Shown piece after piece: positions 38,333 to 47,003 of a DNA stretch of 64,000 nucleotides. Source of the DNA: a virus (taxonomy: Duplodnaviria > Caudoviricetes); the IMG/VR virus record IMGVR_UViG_3300020465_001196. One strand, given 5' to 3'. The number at the start of each line of letters is the position of its first letter. Positions within the stretch are counted from its first letter, which is position 1. Made by a program: the position numbers and the translations under genes. The notes beneath the pieces are model-generated. The model was not told the DNA's origin, ran no database searches, and was given only the letters and a program-made list of their open reading frames with translations.

Positions 38333-38689
38333 ATGACAGATAATAGACCATTATGTAGTAAGTGTAAGTCTAAACCAGCCGCCTTTAACTATAAAAAAGG
38401 CGATAAGACGTATTATAGAAAAATGTGCGACAAGTGTATACGTTTAGGTAAAGGTAAAGGCATTGGTGGAACTTCTTCTTGGCAGGCTAGTGGTTATAAG
38501 AAAAAAATTATATGTGAAAAATGTGGCTTTCACGCCAAGCATACAGCACAATTAGATGTATATCATTTAGATGGTGATTTACGTAATAGTAATTGGAATA
38601 ACTTAAAAACTATATGTGCTAACTGTCAACGTATTATGTCAATAGAACAATTTAAATGGCGCCAAGGTGATTTAATGCCAGACAATTAA
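38333..38689 (+). CDS. HNH-family/Zn-finger protein
   Basis: CxxC pairs plus HLDGD..N...NL..ICANC. TAAATA-N5-ATG. Confidence 0.75.
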   Translation: MTDNRPLCSKCKSKPAAFNYKKGDKTYYRKMCDKCIRLGKGKGIGGTSSWQASGYKKKIICEKCGFHAKHTAQLDVYHLDGDLRNSNWNNLKTICANCQRIMSIEQFKWRQGDLMPDN

Positions 38690-39354
38690 AATTGTGTGGC
38701 TTGTTTTTGTCTTTTTGCACCAGTAACATTTTTTAATACTTTCATTACACTACTTACTTTGTCATGCAATTGCTCTAATGTACCATCATTAGTTACTATA
38801 AAATCTACAGGTGCACCTGTATGGTCCCATTCAGATTTGTGTACACCAATATCAGCCAATTGCTGTTCTGCAAAATCATCGCCTTGTTGAGCTTCTTCTG
38901 CCAATGTTGTCCAATGTGGATCTGGACCACGTTTTACACGTATTGTAAATCCACCTAAGTTTTTAATAAATTGTATTTCGTTTCTAAATCTACAATCAGT
39001 AACAATAGTTAATTTTTTACCACCTGATATGTATCTATTTTCTAAACTGTTTAACCAAATTTCATGATGGAAATGCTCTCTAAATAGCTCTGTACCTACT
39101 ATTTGTAGTGCTAGTCTTGGTGTAAAATTTTTAATATTTAATTTAGATTGCCACCATTGATCTACACACTCTCTAAAGTGTCTACTATGATCAGTATCGC
39201 CTTCAAGTGTTTTTCTAGGCCAATTAAATATTTGTGCCGTTGCATCTTTTAATGGTGCCGCAAATGAATCCGGATTAAAATTATGTGTTTCTGTTAGTAT
39301 ATTAGCAACTGTATTTTTACCACTACCTATCCAACCTACTAATCCAACAATCAT
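38686..39354 (-). CDS. gp1: Deoxynucleoside monophosphate kinase (T4 gp1-like)
   Basis: G..GSGKNT, SFA.PLKD, R..LQ.VGTE.FR, D.RF.NE, and H.SE. Confidence 0.9.
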   Translation of the reverse strand: MIVGLVGWIGSGKNTVANILTETHNFNPDSFAAPLKDATAQIFNWPRKTLEGDTDHSRHFRECVDQWWQSKLNIKNFTPRLALQIVGTELFREHFHHEIWLNSLENRYISGGKKLTIVTDCRFRNEIQFIKNLGGFTIRVKRGPDPHWTTLAEEAQQGDDFAEQQLADIGVHKSEWDHTGAPVDFIVTNDGTLEQLHDKVSSVMKVLKNVTGAKRQKQATQF

Positions 39355-39355
39355 T

Positions 39356-39616
39356 TTACCACCTTAATTTTAACTGTGTTGCAATGTCTTCACCTTTAAC
39401 TTTTACAGTTAATTCATCACAACCTGCATCTTCCCAAAGCCAATCTTTTTCATACTTGTAACCAAGCATACCCATATAATTTGCAACTCTGGCTACTGCA
39501 TCAACTTCTCTGTAGTTGGCATTAAGAGCTCCGCCTTCGACACTGGTCCCTGTTGACTGCCCTATGTATTCATCTCTTTTGGAAATTTTATCTATATCTA
39601 AAGTAACTTCAATCAT
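39356..39616 (-). CDS. Hypothetical protein
   Basis: Short ORF under its own sigma70-type promoter, upstream of the kinase. Confidence 0.6.
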   Translation of the reverse strand: MIEVTLDIDKISKRDEYIGQSTGTSVEGGALNANYREVDAVARVANYMGMLGYKYEKDWLWEDAGCDELTVKVKGEDIATQLKLRW

Positions 39617-39622
39617 GTTACT

Positions 39623-39651
39623 ATAGTATCATATTATAATGGATTTGTCAA
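39623..39651 (-). promoter_or_regulatory. Sigma70-type promoter
   Basis: TTGACA-N17-TACTAT, 6 nt upstream of ATG 39616. Confidence 0.65.
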
Positions 39652-39657
39652 TTGGAA

Positions 39658-40407
39658 TTATCCAATTAAAAATGTAATAGGATCGCCACCATCTGAATAT
39701 TTCTGAATTTCATCTTCTAATCTATCCATTGTAGCCTGTGCTTCTGCTTTTAAATCAGCACCATTTAACGTAACACCACCTTGTGCACCAGGTAATGACC
39801 CAAACTTACTTCTGGCCTCACCCAACATCATTTTACATTGTGCAAGTGCATAATCACGTAACCATGGCTTTGCATATGGATCTTTAAGTAAAGTTTCATC
39901 TGTTCTAACCATATAAACTTGTAGTAATAATGTTTCTGAATGTCTTGGCCTTCTTACAATTGTTAATTTTTTAGTAACAGTATCCCAAGTAAAATTAATT
40001 TTATTACCAAACAATCTACCTACAGTTTCTTGGTATTGACTAAATGCTTCCCAAGTAGTTAATCCACCAATTCTACCTGCTTGTAAAAAATACAAGTTAG
40101 TATATGCTAGTTCAAATGGGTCAACATCAATACCTGATTGATTATCAGATCCTAAAGCACGTCTAAATGTTTCTCTAACTTCTATTACTTCGTTTGGTAG
40201 TGTATACTCATTGATGTCTTCAATCATAGATAAAAATAGTGTAGACTCTTCATTTGCATTTGACGATCTTTGTCTAAATCTGTCTACTGCTAGATCTACT
40301 GCTGTTTCATAGTGTTTTGGATCAAGTTCAACGTCAACCATTCCATCACCCAAAATATTACGAATTTCATCGATAACTTTTGATCTGTTACTTTTGTCTT
40401 TAGCCAT
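39658..40407 (-). CDS. gp13: Neck protein (gp13-like)
   Basis: LG...VDVELD, W..DY.LA..K..LG.ARSKF..LPG..GGV.LNG. Confidence 0.85.
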   Translation of the reverse strand: MAKDKSNRSKVIDEIRNILGDGMVDVELDPKHYETAVDLAVDRFRQRSSNANEESTLFLSMIEDINEYTLPNEVIEVRETFRRALGSDNQSGIDVDPFELAYTNLYFLQAGRIGGLTTWEAFSQYQETVGRLFGNKINFTWDTVTKKLTIVRRPRHSETLLLQVYMVRTDETLLKDPYAKPWLRDYALAQCKMMLGEARSKFGSLPGAQGGVTLNGADLKAEAQATMDRLEDEIQKYSDGGDPITFLIG

Positions 40408-40437
40408 TTTATATATCCTATATATGTATTTATTGTT

Positions 40438-41388
40438 TTAGTTAAAAACACGGACCAGTATAGTTTCGCTATTTAAACGTCCTGTAAGCTTCACATCTGT
40501 TGCTTTAATCGAATTAAGTGTGTTTTTAAATGCTTGTATACCACCTGTATGCACACGTTCTAACACTTCAAGTGGCTTACGAAGTGTTTTTTGTATTGAT
40601 GTATCTGTATCATAATTAATTATAGATGTACCTTTTAACGTTAATCCATGGTGTTTATGTGTTGCTTCATATATTCCTAATTTTCTAGTTTTACTATTGT
40701 ACACTACTAATCCATGGGCTCCTATTATCTCTACTGGGCTAATTGACGTTAGTTTTACATCATCATCTTTTAATTTATATTTTACTTTTTTAGCTAATTT
40801 TTCTTTTGATGGTGGTTTATATTTTCTTGGCTTTCGTGATTTTAATTTATTAATTTTCCATATTTCACAATCTTTAACAACTCTCTCCCACCAAGCAATA
40901 TGTGTTTGCATTTCTTTTTTAGTATATGAGTCAAAACTTTCTACATAATCTTCTTGTAATTCTGTACGTTCATTTCTTGGTATTTCCCTATATTCTAACC
41001 CTTTACGTTCTTCATCTAATACAACATTAATATCTTCTATAATCATTTTCATAAAAGCACCAGGAATATCATTTACAGCAAAATAATCATATGCTTTAAA
41101 CTTTTTTGGATTACCATTATCTGCCCATACTTTTTCAAATTCATCATGAATATCACCCATTATAACAAAAAATCGTGTACGCATACGATCTTGTATTGAT
41201 GGCTTTTTAGGTTTTTCTTCAACTGGTTCTGCTTCTTTAACAACTTGTACTTCTTCTTGTTTTGGCTCTTCTTTTACTTCTATTTTAGCTTCAACAGATT
41301 TAGATTCAGCTTTATCGCTATTACTTTGTCGCTTTAAAAACTCAGGAATGTCTAATAAGTCTTGATTTGTCAATTTTTTCTTCTCCAT
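40438..41388 (-). CDS. Hypothetical protein
   Basis: 316-aa ORF with a basic C-terminal half, under a sigma70-type promoter. Confidence 0.65.
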   Translation of the reverse strand: MEKKKLTNQDLLDIPEFLKRQSNSDKAESKSVEAKIEVKEEPKQEEVQVVKEAEPVEEKPKKPSIQDRMRTRFFVIMGDIHDEFEKVWADNGNPKKFKAYDYFAVNDIPGAFMKMIIEDINVVLDEERKGLEYREIPRNERTELQEDYVESFDSYTKKEMQTHIAWWERVVKDCEIWKINKLKSRKPRKYKPPSKEKLAKKVKYKLKDDDVKLTSISPVEIIGAHGLVVYNSKTRKLGIYEATHKHHGLTLKGTSIINYDTDTSIQKTLRKPLEVLERVHTGGIQAFKNTLNSIKATDVKLTGRLNSETILVRVFN

Positions 41389-41405
41389 ACAGCTATATAT
41401 ACACG

Positions 41406-41433
41406 ATTATACATAATTAGCTTGTTTTGTCAA
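41406..41433 (-). promoter_or_regulatory. Sigma70-type promoter
   Basis: TTGACA-N16-TATAAT. Confidence 0.65.
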
Positions 41434-41482
41434 CCAACTATAGTTTTTAAACAAATAAATACTAATGTAAAAGGATACTAAT

Positions 41483-43318
41483 ATGCCACGAATCAGCTTA
41501 TGGAAACCAGAAAAAGGTAATGATTATAAAATGATAGATCGTGTGATCCGCGAGCATTTTAACGCGGGTGGCACTGGAGTTTTTGTGCATAAGTATCTTG
41601 GTCCTCATGCCCAAGCATCTACTACTGATGCTACACAACCAGATAATTCTGTTGTTAGACCAACTAACATACAAGACTTATTATTTTTAGAAAATAGAGA
41701 TCGTAAATATGATACTGACGTATATGATATGCGTGGAGTATATCAAGTCGCTGATTCAGAGTTTGATTTAACACAATTTGGTGCATTTTTATCTAATGAT
41801 ACAATCTTTTTAACTTTCCATCTAAATGATATGGTAAACATATTAGGTAGAAAGTTAATGAGTGGTGATGTAATTGAATTACCACACCAACGTGAAGACA
41901 TGATGCTTGACATGGCACGTTTAGAATTTACAACTAAACCAGCTAAAAAATTTAGAAAAGGCGAAACAATAACTGGAGCATCAAGTGGTGCAACTGCAAC
42001 TGTAGTAAACTTTAATCAAGATGCTAAAGTTTTAAGAATGGTTACTGATGGTGTGTTTATTGCAGGTGAAACTGTAACTGGTAGTAAAAGTACTGCATCC
42101 GGCGAAGTAGCAAAATTTTATCCAGAAGGTCCTATGGCAATGAACAGATACTATGTTATCGAAGATGCCGCTAGAGGATCAGAAGGTTATTCACCAACTT
42201 GGTTCCCACATATTTGGAGAGTTAAATGTACTCCAATTACAGACAGTCAAGAATTTTCAGATATACTTGGTACTGGTGAAAATAAAGATGATCTTAAAAA
42301 TTTAATTTCAACTTATCAATCAGAAATTGATATTTCTGAAGCAATCGTAAATCAAGCACAAACAGATGTACCTAAAAAAGGAGTTGAAAATAGTCACTTA
42401 TATATTAACAAAGCTGATCAATATATTCCAGGAAAAGTTTATGCACATTGGCAAACAAACCAAGCATCGATTAAATTATATCAATCAACAGATACAAATT
42501 GGCAAACATTTGATTACCTTGTAAGTTCAACTAAACCAACAACAGGTGTTTCAAATGGAACACTTTGGTTAGATACAGCAAATACAAATTGGGGTTTGTA
42601 TGTTGGTAATGGAACTACTTGGTCTAGTCAAGCAGTTTCTCATGTTGATAACGCAAACATAGATGGACAAACAAAAGCACCTATTTCATCATATGCACCT
42701 ACAAACAATTATGCTGTTGTAAGTATTGATGGTGCTGTTGGTTCAACATATTACAAAAAAGTTTCAAATGGTTCATGGGTTAAAATTGCAACTGATTCAA
42801 CTACAACAACATTACTTGGTGTTGATGTTGCTATTAATTCTTCGCAACCTTCAACTAATACAAATGGAAAAATTTGGTTACAACCAAATACAACAGGTGG
42901 ATTAAAATTTGCATTTAAACAATATAGTGCAACTATAGATGATTGGGAAACTGTCGATATTGCTTTACATTCAAGTAGAGATTCGGCTAATGATGCATTT
43001 GGTTTTGCTAATAAAATTGGTATCCATGCAGGAGATGGTACTCCGCCAAATGGTATTGCAATAGCACATACTGGTTCAAGTTTTCCTAATTCATTAAATG
43101 ATGGTGATTATGTTTTAAGAACAGATTATAATCCAAATAGATTATTTAAAAAAGTAGGTAATAGATTTATTAAAATAGAAGATGATATGCGTGGAACGTA
43201 CTCTGCGGCTAACAGAATATTAAATACATTTGTTGAAAATGCAAATTCAAATAGCGATAATGCTGACGGCAAAGAACAACAAGGATTAAGTAAGGCAGTT
43301 AAGCCTAAAACGGATTAA
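41483..43318 (+). CDS. gp14: Neck protein (gp14-like) with inserted and appended domains
   Basis: QDLLFLENRDRKYD, DFDL.QFG.F, GDVIELPH, and W.PHIWRVK. Located directly before gp15. Confidence 0.75.
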   Translation: MPRISLWKPEKGNDYKMIDRVIREHFNAGGTGVFVHKYLGPHAQASTTDATQPDNSVVRPTNIQDLLFLENRDRKYDTDVYDMRGVYQVADSEFDLTQFGAFLSNDTIFLTFHLNDMVNILGRKLMSGDVIELPHQREDMMLDMARLEFTTKPAKKFRKGETITGASSGATATVVNFNQDAKVLRMVTDGVFIAGETVTGSKSTASGEVAKFYPEGPMAMNRYYVIEDAARGSEGYSPTWFPHIWRVKCTPITDSQEFSDILGTGENKDDLKNLISTYQSEIDISEAIVNQAQTDVPKKGVENSHLYINKADQYIPGKVYAHWQTNQASIKLYQSTDTNWQTFDYLVSSTKPTTGVSNGTLWLDTANTNWGLYVGNGTTWSSQAVSHVDNANIDGQTKAPISSYAPTNNYAVVSIDGAVGSTYYKKVSNGSWVKIATDSTTTTLLGVDVAINSSQPSTNTNGKIWLQPNTTGGLKFAFKQYSATIDDWETVDIALHSSRDSANDAFGFANKIGIHAGDGTPPNGIAIAHTGSSFPNSLNDGDYVLRTDYNPNRLFKKVGNRFIKIEDDMRGTYSAANRILNTFVENANSNSDNADGKEQQGLSKAVKPKTD

Positions 43319-43323
43319 ATGAT

Positions 43324-44697
43324 ATGGCACAATTTTGGTATGATCAACAAATAAGAAGATACTTGTTACAGTTTGTACGTATCTTTAACGGTTTTCAAGT
43401 TAAAAGCGGTCAAAAAAATGCAGGTGGTACTTCATCTGAAGTATATAAAACAGTACCAATGCGTTATGCAGATATGTCTAGACTAGTTGCACACGTATTA
43501 CGTGGTAATACTGAAAACGCAATTAATTCAACACCATTTATGACTTGTCATATTGCTAACTTAAACGTTGCGAGAGAACGTAGACATGATCCAAAATTAG
43601 TTTCAGCACAACAAGTTCAAGAAAGAAAATATGATTCTATGAACGATCAGTATACAGCAGAATTAGGTAACACATATACCGTAGAACGTTATATGCCTGT
43701 TCCATATGATTTAACAATTAATGTTGACGTTTGGTGCTCAAACACAGAACAAAAATTACAACTATTAGAACAAGTATTAACATTGTTTAATCCTACAGTT
43801 GAATTACAAGCAAATACAAATCCTTTAGATTGGACAAATATAACAGTTGTAGAATTAATTGATATACAATGGTCATCAAGATCAGTTCCGCAAGGTGTTG
43901 ATACACAATTAGATATTGCTACACTAATATTCCAAGTTCCAATTTGGATTAATCCTCCAGCAAAAGTTAAAAAGCAAACTATTATAAACCAAATTATAAA
44001 CAGAATTCACTTAGATGAATCAATGGACGATTTAGTTTATGATAAAAATATGGCAGACTTTTTTGATCAATTTGGTACACTTGAAGAAATTGTTATTACT
44101 CCACAAGATGCACAAATTAGTGTACAAGGTAATACTGTTAGTTTATTAAGTAGTACAGGTGTAAATGAAAACTATGCATGGAAAGAATTTTTTGAACAAT
44201 ATGGGGAATTCCAAGCTGGTACTAGTAAACTTAAATTAAGAAGATCATCAGATATAGAAGATTCTACACAAGACATTGTTGGTACTATTGCATATAATCC
44301 AACTAATGATAATCAATTAATTTTTACAATTGATTCAGCAACATTGCCAACTAATACGCAAACTGCTGTACTAAAAATTATTGATCCTGCAAAAAATCAT
44401 CCAGGAGATGGTACATTGGCTAACCAAGCCACTGGACAACGTTACTTACTTGTAAATGATATTCCAGGTGGTACTGCAAACTGGGGTACTATTAGTGCTT
44501 CAGCAAATGACATTATTCAATTTAATGGTACACAATGGGAAGTTAGTTTAGACGTTAGTGTAAATGGTTCAACAGTACAATATGTTACAAATACAGCAAC
44601 AGGTTACCAATATAAATGGACTGGTACTGAATGGATTGACACATATCAAGGCCAATATAAACCTGGTTATTGGATATTAAATTTAACTGGTATTTAA
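43324..44697 (+). CDS. gp15: Tail terminator/sheath stabiliser (gp15-like)
   Basis: F.YD.QIRRY..QF...F, VP..Y, PVPY.L......W...Q..EQ.L..FNP. Confidence 0.8.
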   Translation: MAQFWYDQQIRRYLLQFVRIFNGFQVKSGQKNAGGTSSEVYKTVPMRYADMSRLVAHVLRGNTENAINSTPFMTCHIANLNVARERRHDPKLVSAQQVQERKYDSMNDQYTAELGNTYTVERYMPVPYDLTINVDVWCSNTEQKLQLLEQVLTLFNPTVELQANTNPLDWTNITVVELIDIQWSSRSVPQGVDTQLDIATLIFQVPIWINPPAKVKKQTIINQIINRIHLDESMDDLVYDKNMADFFDQFGTLEEIVITPQDAQISVQGNTVSLLSSTGVNENYAWKEFFEQYGEFQAGTSKLKLRRSSDIEDSTQDIVGTIAYNPTNDNQLIFTIDSATLPTNTQTAVLKIIDPAKNHPGDGTLANQATGQRYLLVNDIPGGTANWGTISASANDIIQFNGTQWEVSLDVSVNGSTVQYVTNTATGYQYKWTGTEWIDTYQGQYKPGYWILNLTGI

Positions 44698-44715
44698 TCT
44701 ACTATAAATACTTTT

Positions 44716-45138
44716 ATGTATGACGCAGTAGGTGCCACTTTTTTAGCACAAGACACAAAAAGAATAATATTTAATTTGCGATCTAATTCAGTTAGCCATT
44801 CTGGCAAATGGAGTTTTTGGGGAGGCAAATTAGAATCTGGTGAGACTCCTATTCAAGCTCTTATGAGAGAAATAAACGAAGAAGTTGGCTTTGTTCCAGA
44901 AATATTAAAAATACAACCATTAGACGTATTTTTAAGTGAGGACAAAAAATTTATGTATCATACTTTTGTTATAATTACACCAAATGAATTTAAACCAAAA
45001 ATAAATCACGAATCAAAAGCATATAAATGGTGTGATATTAGCAAGTTTCCTAAACCTTTACATCAAGGTGCTCGTAGAACATTAACAGATAAAAACAACT
45101 TAAAAAAACTTGAATTAATAGTAAATAGTAGTAGTTAG
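44716..45138 (+). CDS. Nudix hydrolase
   Basis: Nudix box GGKLESGETPIQALMREINEEVG. Confidence 0.9.
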   Translation: MYDAVGATFLAQDTKRIIFNLRSNSVSHSGKWSFWGGKLESGETPIQALMREINEEVGFVPEILKIQPLDVFLSEDKKFMYHTFVIITPNEFKPKINHESKAYKWCDISKFPKPLHQGARRTLTDKNNLKKLELIVNSSS

Positions 45139-45149
45139 AAACTATTATT

Positions 45150-46283
45150 ATGAAAATTGATCCGTATGAATTAAAGTCAGTTATGGTTGGTGTTACTGCA
45201 AGATGTAATGCTATGTGTCCAGGGTGTCCTAGAAATATCAATGGAGCATTGGTTAATCATGATATGATTGGTACTTCTGAACATTGGGATATGCCTCTTG
45301 GTTTGTTTGAAAAATTCTTTACTTCAGAACTTGTAAATTCATTAGACTGGATAGAAATGTGTGGTAGCTTTGGTGACCCGTGTATGCATCCTAAATTTTT
45401 AGAAATAATGCAATACTTAAAAAATACCCACAAAGGAAATAAAAAATTTTACGTAACAATATCAACAAATGGCTCAATGCAAACTGAAAATTTTTGGAAA
45501 ACTCTTGGTGAAATGCATTGTGATAAATTTGGTGTAGAAATTTTATTTTGTTTAGATGGTGACAATCAAGATAGTCATGTTAAGTACAGGCGTTTAACAA
45601 ACTTTGATACTATATTAGAAAATGCTAAAACATTTATAAATGCAGGTGGTTTAGCAGTTTGGCAGGCAATTGAATTTGACCATAATGAACATGAAATAGA
45701 AAATGCTCGTACAATGTCAAAAGAACTTGGATTTCATCGCTTCACAATACAATCAGGACAAGGTCGATTAACTGGATATTTAGAACATGAGTTAAAAGGT
45801 AAGCCTCATGATTACGGTTCAAAAACTAAAAAACAAAATGAAGAAAATATATCATATGATACTAAACCAAGTTATCAAAAAATGAAAAAAGAAATTGAAA
45901 AATACACTGATAAAAAAGTTGACAATATGCAATGGCAAGAAGTAAAACAAGTACTAACACATATTCCTGTTGAATGCCAATGGGAAAAAGAAAGTTCTAT
46001 ATTATTTGAATTTGATGGAAGTATTTGGAGATGCTGTTATCATGGAACATTAAAAAATAAAAATCAATGGAAGAAAAATGTTATAGGAAGATATGGAGAA
46101 AATTGGAACAATATTCAAAATCACAATTTAAAAGATATTTTAGAACATGAATTTTTCACAACTTATTTAGACGAATCTTTTACAAACCCAGATGGCCCTT
46201 TTAAAAGGTTAACCTCTTGTACAGAAGCTTGTGGAGTTCATTTGAACTTCTTGCAGAAACATCTACCTAAAAAACATAACTAA
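45150..46283 (+). CDS. Radical SAM protein with Twitch/SPASM-like Cys motif (copy 3)
   Basis: CNAMCPGC, CGSFGDP, STNGS, FCLDG, and C..WRCC..CTEAC. Confidence 0.9.
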   Translation: MKIDPYELKSVMVGVTARCNAMCPGCPRNINGALVNHDMIGTSEHWDMPLGLFEKFFTSELVNSLDWIEMCGSFGDPCMHPKFLEIMQYLKNTHKGNKKFYVTISTNGSMQTENFWKTLGEMHCDKFGVEILFCLDGDNQDSHVKYRRLTNFDTILENAKTFINAGGLAVWQAIEFDHNEHEIENARTMSKELGFHRFTIQSGQGRLTGYLEHELKGKPHDYGSKTKKQNEENISYDTKPSYQKMKKEIEKYTDKKVDNMQWQEVKQVLTHIPVECQWEKESSILFEFDGSIWRCCYHGTLKNKNQWKKNVIGRYGENWNNIQNHNLKDILEHEFFTTYLDESFTNPDGPFKRLTSCTEACGVHLNFLQKHLPKKHN

Positions 46284-46331
46284 ATTAAACCAAAAATACC
46301 AATAAATAGAATAAAAGATCGGAGAACTACA

Positions 46332-47003
46332 TTGTCACGTATTATAAATTTTGACCAGGCTAGATTAGCTCATGCATTTGAACAGTTTGAGAAAGACTAT
46401 GCTATAACTGATTATATATTAGAAAATATTATCCCACATTTTCATTTTCAAAGTGATATCGATGACCTATTAGATTCCTATCCTGATAGCGATCGTGAAC
46501 GTTATTACGAAACTTTACAGAAAATAAAAGAAGCTGTTAAAACAATGACAAGTGATCAAAATTTAGAATTACGATATGCATTAGAAGATGAATACTTTAA
46601 ACTATTACAAAAATTAGAAACTTGTGATCCACAATGGAAAATACCATCAGTACTAATAAAATATAGAAAAAATATAAATCCTATTAGAGCATTAAAATAT
46701 GAAATACAAGAAATAATGGCTATGTATGAAGTTAATGATGAATACTATATTTGGCTTGTTAAACAATTTCATAATAAAGAAAAAATTAATGAAATAATAT
46801 TTGCTATTAAAAATGATATGGTAAAATTAAAAGAGTTACAAAAGAAATACTTACGTTCTAAAGAAAAACATTCTTATTTTGTATTACCAATGAGTTATTA
46901 TCACTGCAAAGAAATGGAAACTGATATGCTTTCATGGATTAAAACATTTCAAGAGTTTCTAAAATGGGGTAGTGAAGACGATCTTAAAAATCGTTATCTT
47001 TAA
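46332..47003 (+). CDS. Hypothetical helical protein
   Basis: TTG start with a GGAG SD and an upstream TAAATA box. Confidence 0.6.
   Translation: MSRIINFDQARLAHAFEQFEKDYAITDYILENIIPHFHFQSDIDDLLDSYPDSDRERYYETLQKIKEAVKTMTSDQNLELRYALEDEYFKLLQKLETCDPQWKIPSVLIKYRKNINPIRALKYEIQEIMAMYEVNDEYYIWLVKQFHNKEKINEIIFAIKNDMVKLKELQKKYLRSKEKHSYFVLPMSYYHCKEMETDMLSWIKTFQEFLKWGSEDDLKNRYL

Noticed and set aside
38333-38689. HNH gene as a mobile homing endonuclease
   Set aside because: It is small, free-standing and under a late-type box, with no intron or disrupted target visible. It more likely has a resident packaging/late function.
40438-41388. Assigning an enzymatic function (e.g. ligase) to the 316-aa protein
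   Set aside because: No KxDG or other catalytic motif is visible, so it is left as hypothetical.
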